Position numbers and translations under genes: made by a program
Notes under the pieces: generated by a model
The model's database searches: none
What the model was told of the DNA's origin: nothing
Seen by the model: only the letters and a program-made list of their open reading frames with translations
Assembly (NCBI GenBank): GCA_050010515.1
Contig: JBEKKX010000014.1
Location: 1 to 61,631, forward strand
Origin: Candidatus Bathyarchaeia archaeon
Lineage (GTDB): Archaea > Thermoproteota > Bathyarchaeia > Bathyarchaeales > Bathycorpusculaceae
DNA: 61,631 nt
Direction: 5' to 3'
In this document: piece by piece, positions 1 to 9,393 of the stretch
Numbering within the stretch: the stretch's first letter is position 1
How the letters are laid out: every line of letters starts with the position of its first letter

Positions 1-214
1 TCCTAAATGCATTAGCAGCGTTAAGATTGAACAGACCGGAAAAAACCAGATCCATCACCATGCTAGCAAGATAGCAGAAATTAACACAAACCAATCGAAT
101 TAGCAACAGACTGGCGCGCGCTATAATCCAAAATGCAGATAACAATATCACTAAAACTGCGATTATTGCCGCAAAAATTATGAATTTATGGTTTTTAATT
201 TTATTTCTCATCAT
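1..214 (-). CDS. Partial hypothetical membrane/secreted protein running off the window edge
   Basis: Frame open from ATG at 214 to position 1 (MMRNKIKNHKFIIFAAIIAVLVILLSAFWII...), with a basic N-terminus followed by a hydrophobic helix. Confidence 0.4.
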   Translation of the reverse strand, partial: MMRNKIKNHKFIIFAAIIAVLVILLSAFWIIARASLLLIRLVCVNFCYLASMVMDLVFSGLFNLNAANAFR

Positions 215-324
215 TACATAAAGTAGCGCGTTTCTATCTTTTAATTCTACACGTTAGAACTATGCAACAGATACTATGGTATTAATTTCAGTTACCGAAA
301 GCCCTTCAACCGCAAAGCCCTATT

Positions 325-370
325 ATAAAAAGCGCCAGCGTATCAAGAGAAATAGCGGCAAATAGCAGAT
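325..370 (+). repeat. Imperfect ~46-bp direct repeat, copy 1 (upstream of GNAT gene)
   Basis: ataaaaagcgccagcgtatcaagagaaatagcggcaaatagcagat, similar to 1070-1116. Confidence 0.75.
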
Positions 371-420
371 AAGCTCTTATTTGCGAAAAAGTTATAGCTG
401 AACCGACTTGACTATTTGGA

Positions 421-981
421 TTGGTGTTAAGATTGCTCGAAGGCAGGAATGTAAATCTAAAAGTTGTCGAGAAAGAGGATTTGGCATTTCTTGCAGAATG
501 GTTTAACAATCCTGATGTCTTCGGTGAATACAATCCTTTGACACAGGTGTCCAGAACACAGATAGAGAAGTATTATGGAGAAAAGAAGTTTGAAGAAACC
601 GAATTCTTCATTGAAGGGAAAAATGGACGCAGAATTGGTTACATATGGCATTTCAATGTAATTCATCTTGCAGGGAATCAATTGGAAATAGGTTATTTCA
701 TGGTTCCAACTGAGAGAGGCAAAGGCTACTGCACAGAAGCCGTCAATATTATGGTGGACTACTTGTTTCTTTCAAAGAACATAGAGCGCATACAAGCCCA
801 GACTGACGTGAAAAATGTGGGTTCACAGAAAGTTTTGAAAAAAGCAGGTTTCAGGATAGAAGGAACAATTCGCAAACCCTTTTTCCTCAGAGGACAACTC
901 AGAGACACTTATTTGTATAGCATTCTCAGAGAAGAATGGAAAGAACCAAAAATACTGACAAAAACCACTAAAGTAGAATAA
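421..981 (+). CDS. GNAT N-acetyltransferase, RimJ/RimL family
   Basis: EIGY...ERGKGYCTEA acetyl-CoA motif; N-x-x-S-QKVLxKAGFxxEG; ends YSILREEW. Confidence 0.9.
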   Translation: MVLRLLEGRNVNLKVVEKEDLAFLAEWFNNPDVFGEYNPLTQVSRTQIEKYYGEKKFEETEFFIEGKNGRRIGYIWHFNVIHLAGNQLEIGYFMVPTERGKGYCTEAVNIMVDYLFLSKNIERIQAQTDVKNVGSQKVLKKAGFRIEGTIRKPFFLRGQLRDTYLYSILREEWKEPKILTKTTKVE

Positions 982-1069
982 TTCCTGCAATCATAACTTC
1001 ATATTCCATGCCAAACCCCAGAGATAGTATCACTTTTTGCATTTTTAAAAATTATTTCACATCAACATG

Positions 1070-1116
1070 ATAAAAAGCTCCAGCTTATCAAAGAGAAATA
1101 GCATAAAATAGCAGAT
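1070..1116 (+). repeat. Imperfect ~46-bp direct repeat, copy 2 (downstream of GNAT gene)
   Basis: ataaaaagctccagcttatcaaagagaaatagcataaaatagcagat. Confidence 0.75.
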
Positions 1117-1501
1117 CAGTGAAGCGCGCGCTCACACAATGGAGATGACAAAAAAAAGATATTTTATCTGGAAAAGGCCTGGTCACTAATTTTTAACTCT
1201 ATCAAGAGTTAATCATGAGTTTATTAATTGTTGTTCTTTTTTTTAGTCCAGAAAGACACTGTTAAGTTTGTTGTGGAAAAGTGCAGTCGGAAACGAGTAG
1301 CGTGTACGGCTGTTCCAAAATTAGTTAGCAATGTACCTGATGTTTCTGGCTTTACATTGATTATGTGTGTTAAACGGCTGATTGAGCGGTTAGAAGCATA
1401 ATGATTATGCAGAGCTGAGAATTAAAAGTAATTTTTGCTAATCCTCTCAGATTATGCTAGTTGTGACTTGTTGAAAAAAGAAAGAGAGGATTGAAAAAAG
1501 T

Positions 1502-2344
1502 TTATGACTGCACGTTGGCTGCTACGGTTGCTATGTCACATATGTCTATCTGGTATGTGCCATGGAAGTCCATGCTTTCGTCGTAGTTCGGCATGCCCGG
1601 TACGGCTCCGTAGTCGTTTGAAATTGCTCTTAGGTCGGCTCGTGTCACTATGTTGTCTGTTCCTGCGTTGATTATATCGAACCTGTTAAACATAGTCTGT
1701 CTCTCTATTGATCGGTGTACTGTGCCGCTTAGCAGAGGTATTCCGGTGATGTTTAGGGTGAATTCGCTCCATTGATTTGTTACGTTCAGTTCACCGTACA
1801 CTTTGGTTTCGACAGGTGTGATTTTGAGGCTCGATTGGACGTTTATGCTGTAGCCTGTTTCTGAGTTGCCTGTTTTGATCACTGTTCGTGTGATATTGAC
1901 GTTGACGACGCTCCAAGTGCCGTTCAGATAAAAGTTGTTTCCTTGGAAGTCGGTCATGGTGAAGTTGGCTTCCACAAGTCTTGCTGCATAGAAGTTGTAG
2001 GAGATGTTGCCGTCTTGTCTGAAGTTGGTTGTGTTAGTCCAAATCGCATTAGCTGAGTCGAGCCATCTTGCCGGAACTCTGCTTTGGCTTGTAGTTGCAG
2101 CCATTAATGTAAGAGCGCCTTTGACTTCTTGTGTTCCCCACGTGGTAATGTTGCCATCTATTCTTACCCAGTTGCTTCGAATCGGAATTATGCAGGCTGG
2201 AGGTGCCGACATCATAGGCGAGTTATGAGGCGTGGTTGGACCGACCGATGGTACCGCATTTGCGAATGCTCCTGCAAAATTTAGACCAGTTACTGCGATT
2301 ACTGTCAAGAGAATTGCTGCAATTATTATTTTCATTCTAATCAT
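1502..2344 (-). CDS. Secreted protein with C-terminal dockerin-like (paired Ca-binding loop) domain
   Basis: Signal peptide; many N-x-S/T sequons; C-terminal DIINAGTDNIVTRADL...YG...DFHGTYQIDICDIATVA pattern. Confidence 0.7.
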   Translation of the reverse strand: MIRMKIIIAAILLTVIAVTGLNFAGAFANAVPSVGPTTPHNSPMMSAPPACIIPIRSNWVRIDGNITTWGTQEVKGALTLMAATTSQSRVPARWLDSANAIWTNTTNFRQDGNISYNFYAARLVEANFTMTDFQGNNFYLNGTWSVVNVNITRTVIKTGNSETGYSINVQSSLKITPVETKVYGELNVTNQWSEFTLNITGIPLLSGTVHRSIERQTMFNRFDIINAGTDNIVTRADLRAISNDYGAVPGMPNYDESMDFHGTYQIDICDIATVAANVQS

Positions 2345-2515
2345 CTCAAGTCCCTGAATGCCTCAGTTTCGTGGGGTCAAATAAAAGCGTTTCTGAGCTT
2401 CTTTTCGTGTAATATTGTTCATAACTGTTTATTTCTGCTTATTATTGTTCATTTAGGTTTATTTTTATTTTTTAACTTGGAATCTGTGTAATTCATGCCG
2501 AATGAATGCGTTTCG

Positions 2516-2611
2516 TGGCAGAATGGGAAACAGGCAGGTTCCCGATCACAGATGAGACCGATGGGAGTGCGGCGGGTGCCAGAGCTCTGATGCCTCGATG
2601 TCGCATAGCCA
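2516..2611. ncRNA. Candidate structured non-coding RNA (family unknown)
   Basis: GC-rich stretch in an AT-rich spacer, closed by GTGGC/GCCAC; internal stems GGGAA/TTCCC, TGCGGC/GTCGCA, CAGAG/CTCTG. Confidence 0.35.
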
Positions 2612-2781
2612 CTTCAGATTAAAATTTAATCCCAAACCACAACCCAAACTCAAAAAGACTAACGAACGGAAAGACTGGAATCCAAAGATCCAACATTATA
2701 AATCGTTAAGGAAATCGAGAACAGAAGTTTAACCAAAAATTGCTTTTAAATCCCATAGTAGGAATAAAAACCATTTTAAAC

Positions 2782-3099
2782 CTATTTTGGATTCACTTGG
2801 GGGTTTTTGTCTCCGACCTTAACGGTTACGTTTTGCTGATTGTTCTGAGGAGTTTTTTTTCTAGACATATGTGTTACTATTGTGAATACTAGCCAGACGA
2901 TGACCCCATAGACTACCGCATTGAAGATAGCCTTTATCAAGACGTCACCGTAGATTGCGCCACCTACCTTGTACGTCGTTGTGGCAGTGGGTAGCTTAAG
3001 CATGTTATACAAAGCCTGTCCCGGAGGAATCGAAGTTGCACCTAGAGATATTAAGAAAACAACTACAAACACTGCTAAGAACACTATTGCTCCTTTCAT
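2782..3099 (-). CDS. Small membrane protein (2 TM), hypothetical
   Basis: Two hydrophobic helices, basic/polar tail. Confidence 0.75.
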   Translation of the reverse strand: MKGAIVFLAVFVVVFLISLGATSIPPGQALYNMLKLPTATTTYKVGGAIYGDVLIKAIFNAVVYGVIVWLVFTIVTHMSRKKTPQNNQQNVTVKVGDKNPQVNPK

Positions 3100-3250
3100 T
3101 TTTTTCCAAATCCTACTTTACTTTTATCAGGTTTATTATAATATAAGCTTTTTTGAAAGTCGACACAACCTCAACGTGCACGAATGCTCTTTTTGTAATT
3201 GCTATATAGGGAGCATATGATTTTTCCGAGCACTAGAATTATAAGTTATT

Positions 3251-3886
3251 TTAGGATTTTATTGTTTTTAGCCATTCCAGATAAGTTTCTCTCATTTTTT
3301 GCAGGTTTTCCAGTACATGCACGTCTTCCATGTTTTCAAGTTTTCGGACTTGGTCAGCTTCTTCCTTGCGTACTCTTAGCTTCATTTCTTTGCCGTTTGG
3401 AAGTTTCGTGTAAACGATGCTTTCCTTGTAATCAGTTGGCAGTATGTAAACGGGCACAAAAGCCTTCAAACTCATAATCGCCGAATTAGTAATCAAGGTG
3501 TCACCTATGCCATTGGCGATTTTAGCAACCGTGTTTGACGTTGCAGGGGCTATGAGCAAGAACTCGTATTTGCGCATTTGCAGCCAAGCGGCAAGAAAAG
3601 GAGAATTAGAATTAAGCTCAACCTGCACTTTCGGAAAATTCCTCTTCAACTCATCCTCAAGCCTATAAAACTTCAACACGATGTCAGCAGCTTTCGAAAC
3701 AAAAACCTCAATCTCCACAACATCTTCCGACTGCTTCTTCAAATCCTTCATAACTTCCAATACTTCAGCTATTTTATCGCCGGCACCAGTAATACCCCAA
3801 GCAACCTTACGCTTTTTCGCTTTAACGGCTTCAACCATAACGATCAACCCATTATTTTTCCCCATACTTCTCCATGAAATCTGCAA
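3251..3886 (-). CDS. afpA: Archaeoflavoprotein (HFCD flavoprotein family); true start probably ~3838
   Basis: VAWGITGAG, FVSKAA, APATSNTVAKIANGIGDTL and PTD motifs. Confidence 0.85.
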   Translation of the reverse strand: MQISWRSMGKNNGLIVMVEAVKAKKRKVAWGITGAGDKIAEVLEVMKDLKKQSEDVVEIEVFVSKAADIVLKFYRLEDELKRNFPKVQVELNSNSPFLAAWLQMRKYEFLLIAPATSNTVAKIANGIGDTLITNSAIMSLKAFVPVYILPTDYKESIVYTKLPNGKEMKLRVRKEEADQVRKLENMEDVHVLENLQKMRETYLEWLKTIKS

Positions 3887-4448
3887 ACCGTTTTACAGTC
3901 TTCTTCAAACTCCTAAATCCTTCCTCATCCAACTTGACACCCTCCAAGGTGTCCTTAGACCAGAAGGTTGCACCAAAATTAGCGCCGAAGAATCCTCCAC
4001 TTACAGGTATCATTCCGTTTATGATGTAGAAGGTGTGAATCTGCATAAGCGCGAATTCTTGACCGCCGGATCTGTCTCCTCCCGTCGCTATGCCCATGCC
4101 GATTTTGCCTTTGAAAACATTTTTGTCTCCAGCAGCTAATGCGCGGGTTCTATCCATCACTGCTTTCGTTTGGGCGCTTACCCCGCCGTTATACACTGGT
4201 GTCGCAAAGATAATTCCTTTTGCCTGGATAAGCAACGTATAAAGGTTCTGCACATCATCTTGGAAAAAACATTCCTTGTTTTTGAGGCAATAATCACAAT
4301 GTGTGCAAAACTCGATCCATTTTCCCCGAACCGTCCACAACTGCGTTTCAAACCCTTTCTCGTTGAGCATTCTCAGAGCTTCCTGCAAAACATAATCAGT
4401 TGCTTGTTCTCTTGGGCTTCCGCAAATTCCAAGTATCATAATCTTCAA
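3852..4448 (-). CDS. Iron-sulfur flavoprotein (Isf)/flavodoxin family protein
   Basis: GICGSPR, CxxCxxCx5C cluster motif, ATPVYNG, GGQE. Confidence 0.9.
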   Translation of the reverse strand: MKIMILGICGSPREQATDYVLQEALRMLNEKGFETQLWTVRGKWIEFCTHCDYCLKNKECFFQDDVQNLYTLLIQAKGIIFATPVYNGGVSAQTKAVMDRTRALAAGDKNVFKGKIGMGIATGGDRSGGQEFALMQIHTFYIINGMIPVSGGFFGANFGATFWSKDTLEGVKLDEEGFRSLKKTVKRFADFMEKYGEK

Positions 4449-4534
4449 TAGAAGTTAACTGTTAATTTGCATTAAAGCATTACTCTAAACACAACATCAA
4501 GACGCTAAACTTAAAAGAGAAATTTGAAGGGTGA

Positions 4535-4708
4535 ACCGAAATCCTTGATGCACCTAAGACCGTCGCCATAGCAGCTTCAAGGGGGTTAAACGTGTTTGTG
4601 CTTGTTGTTGGCAGAATGACCAACCGCATGACTCAGGAAATAGAAAATGTGAACATAAAAAGCGTAGCCAACATAAGCTACGAAGTAAGAGACGCAAAAA
4701 CCCCCTAA
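4535..4708 (+). pseudogene. Gene remnant, possibly the C-terminal part of an archaeal wHTH regulator (COG1497-like)
   Basis: Frame TEILDAPKTVAIAASRGLNVFVLVVGRMTNRMTQEIENVNIKSVANISYEVRDAKTP* begins immediately after a stop; family assignment from memory only. Confidence 0.3.
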
Positions 4709-4820
4709 CCCCAACTCACCTCGCGAAGCAACGTTAACGTTTGCTTACAAAGACTAACATGCATCGCTTTTTGGAAAATTATAAAAACTTAACAATGCTT
4801 AGATAAAGCAGTGCAAAAAT

Positions 4821-5447
4821 ATGGATATATCGCTAAAAAAGTTCATACAAGAAATCGCTGGAAAAAAAACTCCAGGACCATCAACCACCTTCACTGTTTT
4901 CCATATTTTCTACGCTTTGGAGCTTATGGCAGAGAAACCTCTGGGCAGAAACAAACTGGCTAAGAAACTCAATGTTGGTGATGGAGCAGTACGCACAATA
5001 ATAAGCAGACTTAGAAATGCTGGTTTAATTGAAACCTCAAAAGAAGGCTGTAGTTTAACGAATAAAGGCTTAGACGTTTGGGGGCAATTTGAACAAGTTT
5101 TTCCTAAACGCGTTGAGATTCCAAAAAATGAGTTGATTGAATCTGAATTTTGTTTTGCTTTTTTGGTGAAAAACAGCGGGCAAAAAGTTCGGTCGGGAAT
5201 TGATCAGCGGGATGCGGCTATCATTGCCGGTGCACGTAAAGCCTTAATTATTGTTTTCAAAGATGGTCATTTGCGTATTGAATCAGTCAGCAACTCTATA
5301 GAGAAGGATTATCCGAAAGCAGCGGCACAAATTCTTAAGGAATTAACGCCTGAAGATAATGATGTTATTATTGTCGCTGGTTCCGATTCAGCTTTGAGGG
5401 CTAAGCGTGGAGCTTTTGCAGCAAGCTGGTCGCTGGTTAGTGCTTAA
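4821..5447 (+). CDS. DUF4443-domain winged-helix protein
   Basis: PGPS, GRNKLAKKLxVGDGAVRTIIxRL HTH, GIDQRDAAIIAGA. Confidence 0.85.
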   Translation: MDISLKKFIQEIAGKKTPGPSTTFTVFHIFYALELMAEKPLGRNKLAKKLNVGDGAVRTIISRLRNAGLIETSKEGCSLTNKGLDVWGQFEQVFPKRVEIPKNELIESEFCFAFLVKNSGQKVRSGIDQRDAAIIAGARKALIIVFKDGHLRIESVSNSIEKDYPKAAAQILKELTPEDNDVIIVAGSDSALRAKRGAFAASWSLVSA

Positions 5448-5594
5448 GTTTTTAGGTTGTGTAGCGCACATGCTTGAGCAGTTTGTGGACCGACCGCCTA
5501 ACCAAAGCTTTACTAAGCCTTCTTCCAGTTGGCTGGGTTGCTTTAGGCTCTCTTCAGCGCTAAAAAGCTTTCACGCCGCCTAAAGAAGGGGAGA

Positions 5595-6857
5595 TTAGCT
5601 ATCGAAAAATTCCCAAGCAACATTGTACCGCCATGGATCACCCTTTTCTGTGAGCTGTATTTTTCCATCTTTAGTTTCAATTAAGCCCTTCATTTGCAAT
5701 CGGTGAATTGCCTCTGGGAATACGTCTTCGGGTAACTTGCCAAAACGAGACTGAAAAACGTGACGATCTAAAGGAACACGAATGTAAATGAGCATCATGG
5801 CTTTTCTCATCTCATCTTCAACCGAAAGCTTGGTAACCCGCTCAATTGGAAAAGCACCGCTTCCCACCGCTTCAATATAAGTCTGGATATTCTCGATGTC
5901 AGAATACATGAAGCTTCCAATATGGCCCATAAAGAAGCCCGCTCCAGAACCTATCACTTCGGAAGAAGGTTTTTCAAAATCTTCCTTAACACGAGAGAAT
6001 CTGTTGTGACAAGTAGGATAATACCCATTCTTCCTGAAAATATTGGAAGCCTCAAGATACATTTCCATTTCGACATTGGCATCGCCAGCCACAGGCAACT
6101 CTCCAGATTCAATTTTCTTTGCAAGAAAAGTATCAGGATACAAATCCAAAGGATAACAATCTACACTCTCAAGTTCAAGCTCCAATGCCTGTTCTATATC
6201 TGCTTTCCATTCCCTCAGCGTTTGTCCTGGTAAATTATAAATCAAATCAATGCTAACACCAAGTCCCTGCTTTCTAGCATGTTTCAGTTTTGCCGCAACT
6301 TCACGTTTGCTGTCACGGAGCATCAGTATTTTGCGGAATGTGTCATCGAACGTTTGAACCCCAATATCTACTTGGTTCACTTTTTGCGAAGAAAGTAGGC
6401 GTATTTTACTTTCGGATAGATTGGTGGTGCAAGCCGCAAATTTGGTCTGGTGGTCTTTACTAAGGTTGAAGTTTTCTCGGCAGAAATTCAAGATGTCCAC
6501 TATTTGTTCATTTGTAAGGATAGTAGGGCTTCCACCACCTATGTAGAGTTCATTGAAAAGGCTGGACTTGACATAATTGTTCTTGGCGTAGAGACCTAGT
6601 GCTTTCTTCAGAGCATTTAGATAAGGGATAATGCTTTGCTTTTCGCAACTAACAGGAAAATAGCAAAATGAACACTTTCCTTCACAGAAAGGAATCCATG
6701 GCTGCAACTCTCTTATTTGATCAACCGCACTATCAGTTTTCAGAAACTCGGCAAAATCTGACAGAAGACCCGCAGTAGGCAGAGCCCTATCTCTGTAGGT
6801 CATAGGCGGCCAATGTTGAATAGTCTTGTATGGCCAACCATTATTTGCATCCTGCAA
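5595..6857 (-). CDS. HemN-like radical SAM protein (coproporphyrinogen III oxidase/class C methyltransferase family)
   Basis: IPFCEGKCSFC (CxxxCxxC), YIGGGSPT, GVQTF, DLIYNLPGQT, HemN-type C-terminus. Confidence 0.85.
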   Translation of the reverse strand: MQDANNGWPYKTIQHWPPMTYRDRALPTAGLLSDFAEFLKTDSAVDQIRELQPWIPFCEGKCSFCYFPVSCEKQSIIPYLNALKKALGLYAKNNYVKSSLFNELYIGGGSPTILTNEQIVDILNFCRENFNLSKDHQTKFAACTTNLSESKIRLLSSQKVNQVDIGVQTFDDTFRKILMLRDSKREVAAKLKHARKQGLGVSIDLIYNLPGQTLREWKADIEQALELELESVDCYPLDLYPDTFLAKKIESGELPVAGDANVEMEMYLEASNIFRKNGYYPTCHNRFSRVKEDFEKPSSEVIGSGAGFFMGHIGSFMYSDIENIQTYIEAVGSGAFPIERVTKLSVEDEMRKAMMLIYIRVPLDRHVFQSRFGKLPEDVFPEAIHRLQMKGLIETKDGKIQLTEKGDPWRYNVAWEFFDS

Positions 6858-6963
6858 TGAGTGACACCTTTTGACTAAAAGTGTTATTTTGTCTTTTAAA
6901 GCTAACCATACCTCGGAAAGCTTTTCCGCTAGCGTGCGCTCAAGCAGTTAAAAGCGTAAAGAA

Positions 6964-8307
6964 TTATGGATAATTAGCACTGGACAAAGCAGTGCTCATT
7001 GCTGAGTTATTGGTTTTTGATGTGCTTTTTTTCATACTAAGTCCAACTACTAAACCTATGATAATGACTACAATTATGATAATGCCTATGATAATCAAAA
7101 GGGAACCATTACTAATTGTTGAAGTTGAGGGTTTTGAAGAAGCAGAGGGACTGAGCGAAGGCAAGGTTGAGGACTGTTGAGGAACTGCAATTGAACCAAA
7201 AGCGTACACGTTGTTGTCGTCTGAGCCCACGTAAACCACTCCATTAACTACCGCAGGAGAAGACTCCACGGCGCTCCCCGTAGTAAAGCTCCATATTTTG
7301 CCGCCCGTTGTAGCGCTCAAAGCGTAAACATTAGCGTCCTCTGAGCCAACGTAAACCACACCGTCAGCAACAAATGGACTTGAATCTACTACATTGCCGG
7401 TTGCATAGCTCCATATTTTGCCGCCCGTTGTGGCGTTCAAAGCATAAACGTTGTTGTCGTCTGAGCCTATGTAAACCATGCCGTTTGCAACCGCGGGAGA
7501 AGACTCCACGACACCACCGGTAGAGTAGCTCCATATTTTGGTGCCAGATTTAGCGTTCAAAGCATAAACGTTATCGTTTGAGTCAACATACACTAGACCA
7601 TTAACAAATGCAGGAGAAGAAAACATTGGGCCACCTGTAGCGTAGCTCCATATTTTGCTGCCGGCTTTAGCGTTCAAAGCATAAACGGCGACGTACGAGT
7701 CAACGTAGACCACGCCGTTAACGACCGCAGGCGAAGAATAAACGTAATTGCCAGTCGAATAACTCCATATCTTGCTACCAGTTGCAGCATTTAAAGCATA
7801 AACATTAAAGTCATTTGAGCCAACATAAACTACCCCATTAACTACAGAAGGCGAAGAATACACCTCACCACCAGTAGTGTAGTTCCATATCTTAGCGCCC
7901 GTCATGGCGTTCAAAGCATAGACATTATTGTCGTCTGAGCCTATGTAAACCATGCCGTTTGCAACCGCGGGAGAAGATTCGATAGCACTACCCGTCGCAT
8001 AACTCCAAATCTTGGAACCAGTTGTAGCATTCAAAGCATAAACACTATCATCGTCAGAACCGACGTAAACTACCCCATTTACAACAGCGGGAGAAAGATA
8101 TTCCAGAGAATTATCTGTCGGAAAGCTCCATAAGGTTTCATTTGTGAGCGGCCCTGTTGAAGAGGAGTAACCTGTGTGCGCTAGATCATGATGAAACATG
8201 GGCGACCAATCCACGGTGGGCTGTTGGGAACTCACTTTTGGCGCAAAAACTGAAAACATCGATAAACACAAAAGCCCCAAAAGAATTATTGTTTTTTTGT
8301 TGTTGAT
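6964..8307 (-). CDS. Membrane-anchored PQQ-like beta-propeller repeat protein (likely ATC start at 8307; ORF-track TTG at 8280)
   Basis: About 8 repeats of SSPAVxNGVVYVGSDDxxVYALNAxTGxKIWSY, S/P linker, C-terminal TM plus KK. Confidence 0.9.
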   Translation of the reverse strand: MNNKKTIILLGLLCLSMFSVFAPKVSSQQPTVDWSPMFHHDLAHTGYSSSTGPLTNETLWSFPTDNSLEYLSPAVVNGVVYVGSDDDSVYALNATTGSKIWSYATGSAIESSPAVANGMVYIGSDDNNVYALNAMTGAKIWNYTTGGEVYSSPSVVNGVVYVGSNDFNVYALNAATGSKIWSYSTGNYVYSSPAVVNGVVYVDSYVAVYALNAKAGSKIWSYATGGPMFSSPAFVNGLVYVDSNDNVYALNAKSGTKIWSYSTGGVVESSPAVANGMVYIGSDDNNVYALNATTGGKIWSYATGNVVDSSPFVADGVVYVGSEDANVYALSATTGGKIWSFTTGSAVESSPAVVNGVVYVGSDDNNVYAFGSIAVPQQSSTLPSLSPSASSKPSTSTISNGSLLIIIGIIIIVVIIIGLVVGLSMKKSTSKTNNSAMSTALSSANYP

Positions 8308-8535
8308 TCTCTTATCTCCTTTAACTGGTTGGCTTATCCAACCATGAATATAAGTTTTCCCCCAAAAACCCCACAGCTTTTACCACGCGCCCTGTGATCG
8401 ATCCAAATATATTGGTTCAAATGCAAAATTGGAATCTGCAATGCCAACCCAAACCAAGACAAAGTACTTTACAGTACTATAAAATCTACTCTAGCGTGCA
8501 TATGCTCGCGTATACAATTTTTTGGCCAGCTTTCC

Positions 8536-9381
8536 TCAGAATTCTTTCGTCGTCTCAAAGGCCCTAACTGCTGCCAAGAACATGATCAATGTGAATCCGG
8601 CAAGAAATCCCAACGAGATAAGAAGCTCTTCAGGTGCAGTGGAGTAGTTAATTCCAAAAGAGTAGAAATTTGAGCCTATTCCAAAATAGCGCATACCATT
8701 AATGAAGTGCGTTAGTGGATTAAGGTAGCTTGCAATTTTTATTGCGATGGGCATTGAATCTAGTGGATAAAGGGCGTTGCTCGCAAAAAAGAGTGGCAGT
8801 GTGAGAAGAGTTATTATGGCTTGACTAACATTATGATCCCTTACTTTCATCGCGATAGCAGTTGAAAGAAACATCAAGCCCATCGAAAACAGTACCGCAA
8901 ACATTAACACGCCTGCTATTGCGGTCAAAGTACCTGCAATTGTTAAGCCCCAAAAGAAATGAACTCCTAGAACATACCCAAATGCGATTACGATCGTTGT
9001 TTGGATCAACGCTTTCGTTATGCCCCCCAAAGTCACCCCCAAAAGTATCTGCGAACGAGGCATAGGCGAAACCACAATCAACTTCATCAACCCGTATTGT
9101 TTATCAAATTGCACGTTCTGCCCCGCATATAGACAAGTAAAAAGAATAGTCATGCCTACTACTCCAGCCGCCATGAACGTCATGTAATTCACAGAAACTA
9201 CGCCCGGCGGGTTAGAACCGCTGGGAAAAAATAGGTTGATGTTGCTTGACATCGAGATCCCGTAAAGAACTAGCCAAAGCACTGGCTGGATAAGAGCAGA
9301 AAAAAGAAGAGCCTTTGAACGAAAGAATTTTACCATGTCCCGCCAATAAATTGCAACAAATCCGTTTTCCATCAACACCAT
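8536..9381 (-). CDS. ABC-2 type transporter permease (DrrB-like)
   Basis: 6 TM; DKQYGLMKLIVVSP and NPLTHFINGMR motifs. Confidence 0.9.
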   Translation of the reverse strand: MVLMENGFVAIYWRDMVKFFRSKALLFSALIQPVLWLVLYGISMSSNINLFFPSGSNPPGVVSVNYMTFMAAGVVGMTILFTCLYAGQNVQFDKQYGLMKLIVVSPMPRSQILLGVTLGGITKALIQTTIVIAFGYVLGVHFFWGLTIAGTLTAIAGVLMFAVLFSMGLMFLSTAIAMKVRDHNVSQAIITLLTLPLFFASNALYPLDSMPIAIKIASYLNPLTHFINGMRYFGIGSNFYSFGINYSTAPEELLISLGFLAGFTLIMFLAAVRAFETTKEF

Positions 9382-9393
9382 TCCCTTTTGCAG

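Noticed and set aside
2494-2611. HDV-like ribozyme suggested by GGCAGAATGGGA
   Set aside because: The upstream P1/P2/P3 elements could not be assembled
6964-8280. ~120-bp periodic DNA repeats as a CRISPR-like array or DGR
   Set aside because: They are coding repeats of PQQ propeller blades; the same holds for the YVTN repeats at 53200-54080; no reverse transcriptase is present
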